Assembly: GCF_004010195.1 (NCBI RefSeq)
Contig: NC_057719.1
Coordinates: 84,458,239-84,522,238 of the forward strand
Direction: 5' to 3'
Length of the DNA: 64,000 nt
DNA from: Chiloscyllium plagiosum
Lineage: Eukaryota
This document shows positions 36,231 to 48,451 of the stretch, in pieces (position 1 is the first letter of the stretch; each line of letters starts with the position of its first letter). The notes beneath the pieces are model-generated. The model was given only the letters and a program-made list of their open reading frames with translations. It was not told where the DNA came from and ran no database searches. The translations under genes were made by a program, and so were the position numbers.

Positions 36231-38390
36231 CAGAATACATCATTGCCTACTATTCACTCCTTTCCTTTACAAAGACCTTGGGATGTGTTTTGTCTCCCAG
36301 ATCTGTGCCCATCTTTGCCCAGGCTTTCAATCTGAACCCCTCAAATCAGATTGCTGGACTTTTTGCTTCACTGTTATCATATGTTATCAATGTCATGTGT
36401 TGACATCCTCTGTCAGCGTGACCATGGTAAGCTATCTTTCTTCTTTGTTCTCAACATCCAAAGAAATGTTGGGTAGAGTGAAGCCATTGACTTCATTCTT
36501 CTCAACAAACTTCATTACTTAACCATGATTCCAGCTGTTTCAAGGCTTAATCAAATAATTTACTGTCCAACAGTGGCATTATATTCAACTGTAACGGGAC
36601 AATAAGCAAATATCCAATCCATCACCAAGACTGCTTTCACAGCTGCAGCCTTACCCAGCTGCATCCTTTCCTGAACTTGCTTCTGAAAGATCTTTGTTAC
36701 CTTTAGACTCAACTGCATCCAGGTTGTTCTGGCTGGAAGCTTACTTTGCAATTTCTACAGACACAAATTCATCTGCCTCAGTGCCTGAATCTTAACGCTC
36801 AATAAATCCTGTTCACCCATCACTTCTATTCTGGTGGACCTACATTGGTTCCAATTCTGAGAATACCTTGAGTTTTGATTTCATCCTTGTGTTGAAATCC
36901 TTTCATGCTTTCTCTCTAACTCTTTCAGCTCTAAACTCACTAAGATCTATGTTTTCCCTCAATTGTGATGACTCAAGCATCCTCAATTTTTCTGTCTTCA
37001 CATATTGAGGCCCTAACTTCTTCAGTTCCTTTCTAAGCCTCTACCCTCAGGTTCCTGCATTATAATGCTGCTTAAAACTTTTCTCATTGTGCTATCTTCT
37101 TGGTTCCACCCTACCTCAAGGCCATATTTACAGAAGCAGAATTAGGGGAGAGATGTAGGAGGCTGCGTTATCTGCTCACATGAGGAGGGTAATCTACATG
37201 GCTCACTCAGAGTTTATTACAGCCAGCCGGGCTTTTTCTACTTGGAATTAGAAGCAGCCACAGTCCTCAAATGATGGCCTGTCTGCAAAGTCTATTTTTA
37301 ATCCATTTGCAGATTATAGGGTTAAAGGCAGGATTCTTGACAGTGTGGAGAAACAGAGGGATCTTGGAGTCCGTGTCCATAGATCCCTCAAAGGTGTCAC
37401 CCAAGTTGATAAGGCTGGTAAGATTTTATCAGGTGTGTCCAGAAAGAATTCCTGACTCAATATGTAATAGACCGATGAGGGGAGGCTAATAGGAGCAGAC
37501 GGTATGGGAAAGTATTTGATTGGGAAAGGGGAAATTACAATTTCAGGAAGAAACTGTGGAGCATAAATTGGGAGCATATATTCTTAGGGAAGTGTATGAC
37601 AGAAATATGGAGGTTGTTTCGGGAACATTTGCTGTGAGTGCTGGATAGGTTTGTCTCGTTGAGACAAGGAAGGGATGGTGGGTTGAAAGAATCTTAGATG
37701 TCAAGAGATGTGGAACAACCAGTAAAGAGTAAGAAGGAGCTTACTTAAAGTTGAGGGAGCAAGGATCAGACAGGGCTCTAGAGGGTTACAAGGTAGCCAG
37801 TAAGGAACTGAGAAATGGATTTAGAAGAGCTACATTTATGTGAGGAAGAAGAGAATGGCAAGAGTAAGGGTAGGGCCAATCAGGGATAGTGGAGGAAACC
37901 TATACCTGGAATTGGATGAAGTAGGGGAGGTCCTTAATGAATACTTTGCTTCAGTATTCACTCATGAGAGGGACCTTGTCGTTTGTGAGGACAATATGAA
38001 ACAGACTGATATGCTCAAACAGGTTGATGTTAAGAAGGAGGATGTGCTGGAAATTTTGAAAAACATGGACCAAACCGGATGTACCCAAGAGATTGCTGCA
38101 CCTTTGGCGATGATCTTTGCATCCTCGCTGTCCACTAGAGTAGTACCAGATGATTGGAGGGCGACAAATATTCACGAAAGGCAGTAGGGAGAACCCTGGG
38201 GATTACAGACCAGTCAGTCTTATGTTAGTGGTGGGCAAATTATTGGAGCGGTTTGTGAGAGACAGGATTTATGATTATTTGGAAAAACAAAGCTTGAATA
38301 GAGATAGTCAGCATTGCTTAAAGAGGGACAGGTCATGACTCACAAACCTTATTAAATTCTTTGAGGATGTGACAAAACACATTGATGAAG

Positions 38391-38483
38391 CGAAGCATGA
38401 GGTCCACTGAAGATGTTACCTAGTAAGGTAACGAAACGTCTGGAAATGACCCTTTCAGCTTAGCGAGCAAATCTACATCCAAA
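38391..38483 (+). mobile_element. 93-bp hammerhead-bearing insertion with 12-bp TSD
   Basis: ACATTGATGAAG at 38379-38390 and 38484-38495; interrupts CR1 coding sequence. Confidence 0.85.
38403..38444 (+). ncRNA. Intact minimal type I hammerhead ribozyme motif
   Basis: TCCA-CTGAAGA-T-GTTACCT(AGTA)AGGTAAC-GAAA-CG-TC-TGGA: stem I TCCA/TGGA, 7-bp stem II, palindromic ACGT stem III, GUC triplet (predicted cut after 38440). Confidence 0.85.
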
Positions 38484-41135
38484 ACATTGATGAAGGTTGA
38501 GCAGTGGCTGTGGTTTGTATGGATTTTAGCAAGGCGTTTGGTAAGGTTCCCCATGGTAGTCTCATTCATAAAATAAGGAGGCATGGGATACAGGGATATA
38601 TTTGGCTGTCTGGGTACAGGATTGCCTGGCACATAGAAAATAGAAGGTGGTAGTAGATGGGGAGTGTTCAGCCTGGAGCTCGGTAACCAGTGGTGATCCG
38701 CAGGGATCTGTTCTGTGATTTCTGCTCTTTCTCATTTTTAATATAAATGACTTGGATGAGAACGCAGAAGGGGGGTTAGTAAGCTTACCAATGACACAAA
38801 GGTTGGTGGAGTTGTGGAGGGCTATTGTAGGTTGCAGCAAGACATTGGTAGAATGCAGAGCTGAGCGAAAAAGTGGCAGATGGAGTTCAACTTGTAAAAG
38901 TGTGAAGTGATTCATTTTGGAAAATTGAATTTGAATGCAGATTACAGGGTTAAAGGCAGGATTCTTGGCAGTGTGGAGGAACAAAGGGATCTTGGGGTCC
39001 ACGTCCATAGATTTCTCAAAGTTGCCACCCAAGTTGATAGCGTTGTTAAGAAGACATATGGTCTATTGGCTTTTATTAACAGGAGATTGAGTTTAAGGTC
39101 CGCGAGGTTATGCTGCAGCTTTGAAAAGCCCTGGTTAGACCTCACTTAGAATATTATGTTCTGTTCTGGTTGTCCCATGAGAGGAAGGATGTAGAAGCTT
39201 TAGAGAGGGTGCAGAGAAGATTTACCAGGATGTTGCCTCGACTGAAGGACATGTCTTATGAAGAAAGGTTGAGGGAGGTCTGGCTTCTCAGAGCCATCTC
39301 AAAGAGATTCATATATAATAAGTGAAAGACTGTGGCTATTTCTTTATAGGTGAAAATGCCTACTCATTTTGCAGGCAGCAAAGAGATAATGACTAGTTCC
39401 TTCATGTTGGTCAGAGTTAGAAGGACTGCCTGCTCTTCATCAAACATGGGCATGGGGTTTTTAGCATCTATTCCACAGCGCCTTCTCAGTACTGTGTTCT
39501 AGTGTCCACCTAAATCACATGCTCACATCTTAGGCTAGCAATTGATCTCAGAATCTTCTGGCTAAGACAAGTGTGCTGTCAATTGAATCCAGTTCACGTA
39601 GCTTATCCTATCTACAATTACTAAATAAGAAGATCAGATATAGCCTGAACGTCAAGCAAAATGTTTCCAACTCTTCCCATTCTTTGATGTTGCACAACGT
39701 AAGAATTTACCCTCCAATACTTGCACCAAGTAACATCTATTCAAAAATAAGCTTTAGTTGTGAGCTATGGCAAAGTATTTGATTGATTAGGGCAATGCAG
39801 CCAAGAGCCATCTTCAGCTAACTTTCTTTGGTTTTCATTTTTACTAGCAGACATCACCAGATAGCAGTCAGAGGGGTGATTTCTTTCCTCCCATGAGGAG
39901 GAACGCTGAAACTGATTGCAGCACCCTTACTTTCAGATCACTTAAGTAAAGACTGACCCAGTATTGGACCTGATATCTTTCTGGCTCAGCTTCACATTGG
40001 ATAGCAAATTTGAGTCACTCGGGGAAAGTGGTATTGTCATTTTTAAAAACATGAATTCAAAACAAGTATTTTATTGTGGAACTATTCCAAATTTCATTAT
40101 GATTATTGCAGCTATTTACTGCCAGATACTTATGAAATTACCTCAACGTGCATTTGAGAGGACAAGTAGGTCAAATCAGTGTTTTCCAATCTCTAGGACC
40201 AGTTCTCAGACCAGACGGTTAACTGAATTGCTGCTGAGTTTGTAGGCAGTTGATTGTGGGAGTCATTAGCCCTCTTCCTCAGGTCCATCAGTACAGAGTT
40301 CAGTGATTCAACACTAATTAGTCTTTTTAACTTAATTTATCTTTTATATCAAACTGATACACTCTCATATGAGTTGAAACGATCCCACAACACTGAGCAG
40401 AGGAGTTCATCTGGTGTCTCAGCTGCCACATATTTTATAACCAGCACATAAAACAGATGGTCCAACCTTTAATTTCCATGTTGATTATGATAGCTTGCAA
40501 CAGCTAAAATACTGTATTGATTGCAGAGTCCATTGGGACATTCCAAAATCATGAAAGGAGCAATGTTAAGTTCTTTTTAACTCGGAGATGCTACAAGCAT
40601 GGCCAATGGTTATGTTAAGCCATTTCAGTAAAAGCCCATAAAAATAGCAACACTCACAAAGAGAATAGTATGTGAAGGCTGTTCTGAGTCTGGTACAACA
40701 AGCATCATTTTAACCGGCAACTTATGAACCAGCACTCCAATAAACCAACAAATTTACTGCAATATCATGACCTCGGCAATGTCCAAGTCATCAGTTTAGG
40801 GTGCGAGTGAGAAGGTCTGTACCTTATTTAAGTTTTATTTAAGATAGAGTTGCAATACTATTTAAGTGATGTATTCTGTAAATAGTGGTCCATTCTATAA
40901 CTGTATGTATACCCCCACAGTACCTTTCTGTTACTTAGTGTGTGTTTTTACATTGATTATGTGGACCTCTTGACTGACCGGTACACTCCTAGGTGCCAGT
41001 TATTAAAAAGCTTGCTGTTGGATGCGTACACATCAGTTCAACCAGGTATTGCATGTGGCTTGACTGACAGTTTATGTGATTTTACTTTTGGTTTTAGATG
41101 TACTTTGAACATGTATATTTTTCTCTCCCCGACAG

Positions 41136-41330
41136 CCAGAATACTTATTTTCCCCAACCACCTTCCTGAAACGTCAGAAGGGAAACTGCTTTGATTTCAG
41201 CAACCTGCTCTGCTCATTACTGATTGGCACGGGATACGATGCATATTGCGTCAGTGGATATGCTGTCAAAGAAATGTGTCTGGTGGATGAAACAAGGGAG
41301 ATCTGTCCACTGCTGAAAGAAAATGATCAA
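41136..41330 (+). CDS. DRC7: DRC7 coding exon 4 (PEYLFSPTTFLKRQKGNCFDFSNLLCSLLIGTGYDAYCVSGYAVKEMCLVDETREICPLLKENDQ)
   Basis: QKGNCFDFS.LLCS.LIG.GYDAYCV.GY transglutaminase-like core; CAG acceptor, CAA|GTGAGA donor, 195 nt. This reading frame is absent from the ORF track. Confidence 0.96.
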
Positions 41331-41729
41331 GTGAGAAAATAATTTTGCACAGTTAAATATCCTAACCTCTGGCTGTACTGCTGGTATCAGACTGGAAATA
41401 TTTTATAGCAGGTCAGCGAGAAGCATTCCAGCCAGGTTGAAGCTGTTCTACCATGTGCAAGGAATATTTAATATAAGACCATAAGACATTGGAGTGGAAG
41501 TAAGGCATTTGGCGCATCGAGTTCACTCTGCCATTCAATCATGGCAGATGGGCATTTCAACTTAAATACGATAGTGTAATGAGAGCCATACTCTGTATCT
41601 AACATATATCATAACCAAACAAAGACGGTTTTATGCAAAAGTGTAATGGGAGGTTCATGTTGTGCTGATCCATGCTGTACTTAGTTTTGGAGTATTTGAT
41701 AGGAAGAGTACAGGTACCTTTACTGTATT

Positions 41730-42275
41730 ATGGCACAGTGGCTCAGTGGTTAGCCCTACTGCCTCACGGCGCCATGGACCCAGGTTCCAAGCCTTGGGTG
41801 ACTGTGTGGAGTTTGCACGTTCTCCCTATGTCTATGTGGATACCTGCCATGTGTTTTGGTACCCTCCCACAGTCCGAAGATGGGCAGGTTAGGTAGGTTC
41901 GATAAAATGTGGAACTGGAAAAAGCACAGCAGGTTAAGCAGCGTCAGAGGAGCAGGGAGTCGACGTTTCAGGTCAGAACCTTTCATTGGGAGAGTTCCGA
42001 CATGAAACGTCATCCACACTCCTCTGATGCTGCTTGACCTGCTGTGCTTTTTCTAAATCCATACTTTATTGACTCTGACTTTCCAGCATTTGTAGTCCTC
42101 ACTATCTCCAGGTTAGGTAGTTTGGCCATGCTGCATTACTCCATAGTGTCCAGGGATATGCAGGCTAGATGGATTAGCCATGGCAAGTGCGGGGCTATGG
42201 GGGGGCCTGGGTGAGATGCTCTTCAGAGAGAGACACTGCAGACGTGATGGGCCGAATAGCCTCTTTCTACTATTC
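41730..42275 (+). mobile_element. V-SINE interrupted by a palindromic Penelope-type cassette (about 41897-42108)
   Basis: TSD CAGGTTAGGTAG at 41885-41896 and 42109-42120; inverted arms inside. Confidence 0.8.
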
Positions 42276-44699
42276 TATTTACTCTAATCTACTATTCTAG
42301 TGATGCTATTACTAATCTATAGTTTTTTTCTAACTCTGCTGCACAGTATCTGATGGTTTGATATAACGTTGTAGAGGGAGCTTTGTTCTATGGCTGCTCT
42401 TGATGTTAGGGCTAATTAGGATAGTGCACTGGAAATAAAGCACCACTATTACCAAAGTCATCACAAAACTTAACTATTTTATAAAGTGCAGAAACTTCCC
42501 CAATTTATTTGACTTTCAGACCCAGGTTGATAGAAACCACTGACCTGGACTCTGTACTGAACAAGAAATTACTACAGGTAATTAGACTGTAGCTACAGGT
42601 AAATACTTACAAACTGTCAGAATATAATACCATGGTCTGAGCGTGCCTTCCATGCATCCTCACCTTTACGTTTCTATACAAAGGCAGATTTCTTGTTGGT
42701 TGCCACCCACTGACACTTTTCTGTGTTGTTGCATTGTCATCTTTGTTGCTGATTCACAGATAACCCTTTTACTTCACATTATAGCATTGTAACAAAAACA
42801 TAGAGTGCTGGAGAAAAACAGTAGGTCTGGCAACATCTATTGAGAGAAAAACAAAGTTAACATTTCAAGTCCAGTGAGCTTTCATTAGAACAGTTAGGAG
42901 CAGAAGATATCCTGGGCCCTCGAGGGTACTGCAGCCCATAAACATTTCAAAAGACCCTGGTGAGTTGGTATATTCACAATATCTGCAAACAATGTGCCTT
43001 AGAATTATGTTCAAATCATTTACTTGAGATGATCTCACAACATCACCTAAGATTAGCTGAGATGTTAAGAAAAAGGATTGGCTGAGAAATTGCAGGTTGG
43101 ATGTATGCCACAATTTGGCCCTGTGTTAAAGTTTACATTGTTGTCCTCATACATCACTAGATAGCTTCTCAAAAATCAGCATTGAAAAATGCATTGTAGT
43201 TCCTGCTGAGTCTACCTAAACATTGCAATTAATTTGTATGTAAACATGTTACATATTAAGAGGTTTATAATGTTATTATATTTTGGGATTAGAGCTTTAA
43301 ATTTCAGGTAAATGAGGGGAGCTTTTGACTTGTTTCACAGTGTGTCTGACAATATGTTTGGATAATTCGATTGTTAGAATTCAAAGGATGACTCAAATTG
43401 TTTTAGTGAGGAGAAAGTGTGAAACATTTACACCTGGCGATGATGGCAGCTGCCTCTGAGTTTACAATGAATAGATCCTGAGTCCTCCAAAGTCCCAGAA
43501 AGGTATTGTAGGTATCAGGTTGTAAGCTGTTGTGTCGTGAACTGGTAATTTTACTTCTCAGATGAAAGGGAGTTGGAGTCAAGGATATGATATTGCTACC
43601 TATTTTCTAACTATGTATAAGGTTAATTTGTTTCATACTGCCAGGGGAAGAGAGCAAAGGAAGTCATTTTCAAGATTGGGTTACAGGCTTCTCAAAAACT
43701 CAATGACGATCAACAGAAAAAAGTTTTATGTGATCAGAAGGATTGGGAGGGAGACAGTCAAAGAAATGCATCTTGGAGCTATCTAAGGATTTCAGGAGAT
43801 TCATCCTGACATTGCTGTTGGGCGAAGACCAGCAGAGCAGCAATTAGTGCTATTGATGCATCTAAAGAATTCTCTGAAAACTGTAAAAAGACCCTGAAGA
43901 TCATCACTTGAAGTTACTACTCAACAAAATGAAGATTTGGAAACCTATTGGAGGTTGGGAATATTCTAGAAGGTAGGCATTGTGACACTCCCTGGATAGG
44001 TGACACACGTCTGGATGATTTATCTTTGTTTACAAATGAGCTGGACATTAAGCGAACTCTTTTCCTATTCAGGAATCTGGCTGGATGATGCCATGCAGCT
44101 TTGAGCGCTGTATGTGCTGTTGATTGTCCCACAAACCTGAAGGAACACAGCGATGACTGCAAATTTGATAGCTCAAGCACCGTGTCTCTCTGGGTTCAAT
44201 TTGAACTGGACAAACTGCATTGCTTTCCTGTAAAGGGTATCACTGAACGTATGCCAGCATTTGTGCTGATTGAGAGATGTAGAGGTACTCTTTTCAGCTT
44301 TGAAAAGAGCCACTGGCTAAGAGGTTTTGTGCCCAGTATTCAGCACAGGTGTAAAGCTGCCTCCTAAGCAATGTGCCTCAGATCTGCCTGCAGAAGGTGG
44401 CAGATGTAGGTAACTGCTCCAAAGAAAAACAACCCCAGCCTATCTGGTCTCATAGTTTTAAAAGCTAACTCTTACGGAACATCCTGGTGAGTGTTAGTGT
44501 CCGTGACTGTCAGCAATCTACTATCTTCATTAGTCACATTACTAGAACCCTACCTCTAATGTGAGCCAAACTAGAAACAAAATGCTGGTATCAGTAAAAA
44601 TGACCATGAAGCTGTCAGGTTATGTGAAAAACCCAGTCTTTACTTCATCTGGCCTACATATAACTCTGTTTCCACAGTAATGCAGTTCCCTCTAAACTG

Positions 44700-45640
44700 A
44701 TATGGAGGTGCCAGTGTCAGACTGGGTTGGACAAGGTCAAAAATCACATGACACCAGGTTATAGTCCAACTGGTTTATTTGAAAACACTAGCTTTCGGAG
44801 TGCTGCTCCTTCATCAGGTGTTAGTGAGACAGGAAGACCTTAGACACAGAATTTATAAGGAAAAGATAAAGTTATACAATTCATGTGAACAAATTGAACA
44901 TGCATAAGATGGCTCTTAAATCTTTAATCAGTTAGAATGAAGGTGCAGGTTGATTCATATGCAAATCCCAGAATTTCTTTCAAGTCACTGCCCTGAGACA
45001 GCTTAAGGTGCTATCAGTATAAAGGAGGTGACACCTGCAGTCAGATAATATATTTTAGGCTAGAGGTCTTGTTCAGAGTCTGTCTGTATCTTCTATTTCC
45101 CAAGTAGGAGTTTATAACATGCCACATTAACTGGCTGTCTACAAATTGTGTGAACGATTTGTGTGTGTGTGCGGCGGGGGCGCAGGGAAGGGGGCAGAGA
45201 GAGTGTGTGTGTTTGTGTTTGAATTTGAGAAGAGAGTGTGTGCGAGTGTGAGGGAGTCTATACATCTGAGAGAGAGAGTATGTGTGTGTATGTGTGTGAG
45301 AGAGAGAGGATTTCGATCCAGGGCGAGGGGAATGGGTTACCCTTCGGTGTGGCCTAGTTGGGCCGAAGGGCCTGTTTCCACACGGTGGGGAATCGATGAG
45401 GGGAGGGGGGTGGAGAATGGAGTCGTTGGCAGGTGTGTGGGTGAGGGTTTGTGTGAGTGTGTCTGTGTATGTGTGAGAGAGTGTATAGTGTGGTGGGGTC
45501 ACCTGTAGTGTGATATGAACCCATGTGAGTTTTCCCATGAGTGCCAAACTTGGCTATCAGCCTCTTAGGAAACATTGTATTGTTGTGCACCCTGAAGCCC
45601 ACCTTGGCGGTTGTTTACTCAAAACTCCAAGGTTGAATGT
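44700..45640 (-). mobile_element. Penelope-like 3' region and terminal repeat with CA/TC microsatellite and hammerhead
   Basis: KRLIAKFGTHG GIY-YIG tail; shares sequence with 52230-52982. Confidence 0.75.
44784..44822 (-). ncRNA. Intact minimal type I hammerhead ribozyme motif (AGCT stem III family)
   Basis: Minus strand reads AACAC-CTGATGA-A-GGAG(CAGCA)CTCC-GAAA-GC-TA-GTGTT; 5-bp stem I, CUA triplet. Confidence 0.8.
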
Positions 45641-45959
45641 CCTTGAACTCTAAACTGATCATTGAAATGATCCAGCAAACAAGTTGTTTTCACAAGTCTG
45701 AACATTCACTTCCTCCACTGCCAGCATACTGTGGCTGTATTGTGTGTTATCCAAAGGATGCCCTGAAACAACACACCAAGGCTTTCAGGAAACCTGGAAC
45801 CTGCAATTGCAAATACCTAGAAGGTCAAAGCAGAAGATGAATAGAAACAGTATTTCATGCAAGTTTCTTGCCAAGTTACTCAAGTTACTGACTTGGACTG
45901 TGTCACAATACTTTAACTATAGTTAACTCAAATTCTTGAAACTTACTCATTAATAGCAG

Positions 45960-48425
45960 TGTCAAAAGTCACATAACAGCAGGTTATACTCCAACAGGGT
46001 TGATTGAAATCACAAGCTTTCAGAACGCTGCTTCTTCATTAGGTGAAGTGAAGAGAAGCACACAGGCGGAGAGATCAAAAGGTGGTGTGAGTAGAGAGTC
46101 ACCAGGCTTAATAACAAGTCTGTACAGGCGATCAAAAGTGTCAGGCGCTGTGAGTAAAGTGTCAACAGTTGGATAGCAAGTGAAGGGATGACCAATGATC
46201 TGATTAATTGAGGCAGAGGGATAATGACAAAAAATAAAAATAAGATGGTGCTGCAGACAAACCAAATGGCTGGAATAACATGATAGGTATAAGAGTCACA
46301 TGCTGAAGGTCTAAACAAAACAACAAGTAATCCAAAACTGTATAAACTAATTAAGGTAGAGAGAGATCATAACACGTACTTCTCGCATAGGAGATTTCTA
46401 CTGCCTTCCAAAGATACACAAAGTCAAAACACCTGGACGCCTCATTGTATCAGGCAATGGGACTCTGTGTGAGAATCTCTCTGGCTATGTCGAGGGCATC
46501 TTGAAACCCATTGTACAGGGAACCCCCAGGTTCTGCCATGACACTACAGACCTCTGACAGAGACTCAGCACCTACGGACCAGTCGAACCAGGAATATTCC
46601 TTATCATGATGGGTGTTTTAGCACTCTACACCAGCATCCCTTATGATGAAGGCATCACTGCAACAGCCTTATTACTCAGTGCCAGCAACTACCAATTTCC
46701 AGACGCCATCCTACTTCATCCTTGACTATAATGTCTTCACTTTCGACAATCAGTTCTTCATGCAGACATATGGAACAGTCATGGGGACTAAATTTGCACC
46801 CCAATACACCAACATTTTCATGTACAAGTTCCAGCAAGACTTCTTTGCTGTGCAGGACCTCCAGCTAATACTATACATCAGATACATAATGACATTTTCT
46901 TCCACCCATTGTACAGACTTGTTATTAAGCCTGGTGACTCTCTACTCACCCCACCTTTTGATCTCTCCGCCTGTGTGCTTCTCTTCACTTCACTTATGGC
47001 AATGAATCACTGAAACAACTACACAATGATATCAACAGGTTTCATCCTACCTTCAGACTTACCATGAACCACTCTTTAGTATCTGTCTCATTCTTGGACA
47101 CACGCATCTCCATTAAGGATGGACAACTCAGCACCTCACTCTATCACAAGCTCTCGGATATCCTCACGATGCTGCTTTTTTCTAGCTTCCACCCTAAACA
47201 TGTTAAAGAAGCCATCCCATATGGACAAGCCCTATGTAAACACAGGATCTGCTCAGACAAGGAGGGACACAATAGACAGCTAAGGATGCTGAAAGACACC
47301 CTCATAAGAACAGGATATGATGCTCAATGCCTTGATCATCAGTTCTGATGTGCCACAGCAAAAAACTGCAAGAAGACAAACACAGAATATGACCGATAGA
47401 ATAATCTTCATTGTCCAGCACTTGACCGGACCAAAGAAACTATGCTATGTCCTTTGCAACCTTCAAAATATCATTGGGGACAATGAACATCTTGCCACGA
47501 TTATTCCTATGTCTCCACTTCTCACCTTCAAACAACCACCAAACCATAAACAGACCATTGTTTGTACCAAGGTACCCATCCTTCAGGTCAACATCAACCA
47601 CAACACCACTATGGCAACCTCTGCAAGATATGCCAGATCATTGACAAGGATACTACCATCACATGTGGGAACACCACCCACCATGTACATGACAGATATT
47701 TACATTACTCGGCCAATGCTGTCTACCTCATATGCTGCAGGCAAGCATGCCCCGAGGCTTGGTATATTGGCGAGAGCATGCAGACGCTATGACAATGGAT
47801 GAATGGACAGCTGCAACAATCACCAAACAGGAATGTTGCATCCAAGTCGGGCAACACTTCAGCGGTTAAGGGCTGAAGTAAGCATCCTCCAAGGCAGCCT
47901 TCAAGATATACAACAACACAGAATTGCTGAACAGAAACTGATAACCAGGCTCTGTACCTACGAAGACAACGTCAGCCGTGATCTTGGGTTCATGTCGTGC
48001 TACATGTAACCCCACCATACTGTTCTGTGTCTGCAAATTCCTCCTTATCATCCTGCTTTAACACCATCACCTTGATAACATGAAATGATCTCTCTAATTA
48101 GTTTGTATAGGTTTGGATTACTTCTTACTTTGATTTGATCCATGCAACTTTCTTATACCTATCATGTTATTCCAGCCATTTGATTTGTCTCCAGCACCAT
48201 CTGATTTTTAATTTTTTGTAATTGTCTCTCTGCCTCAATTAATCGGATCAGAAGTCATCCCTTCACTTGCTATTCAACTTTTGGCACTTTACTCACATCA
48301 TCTGACACTTGACCACCTGCAGAGACTTGTTACTAAGCCTGTTGACACTCCACTCACACCATTTGTATGATCTTTTAATGTCTCTGCCTGTAAATTATGT
48401 GCCTGTGTGCTTCTCTTCACTTTAT
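45960..48425 (+). mobile_element. Penelope-like element: RT and GIY-YIG core between inverted terminal arms
   Basis: FYCLPKIHK..PGRLIVSG, GTVMGTKFAPQY, FLDTRISIKDG, NAVYLICCRQACPEAWYIGES; 45960-46372 is an inverted copy of about 48075-48425. Confidence 0.88.
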
Positions 48426-48451
48426 GAGTCTTATGACATTGCTCCATCAGA

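Larger units (their letters stand above)
37310..39280 (+). mobile_element. CR1 LINE remnant (ORF2), rearranged, with a nested 93-bp insertion
   Basis: VLNEYFASVFT, DYRPVSL..VVGKLLE, MDFSKAF.KVPH, RFTRMLP motifs. Confidence 0.88.

Noticed and set aside
41133..41139. Alternative acceptor AG at 41138-41139
   Set aside because: It would shift the frame by 4 nt; the upstream CAG preserves the DRC7 frame.
43400..44420. Complex non-repetitive-looking intronic stretch, possibly an old DNA-transposon remnant
   Set aside because: No motif, terminal repeat or sustained ORF that I can support without a database search.
45146..45547. ORFs rich in H/T or V/C
   Set aside because: Translation of CA/TC microsatellite inside a Penelope terminal region.
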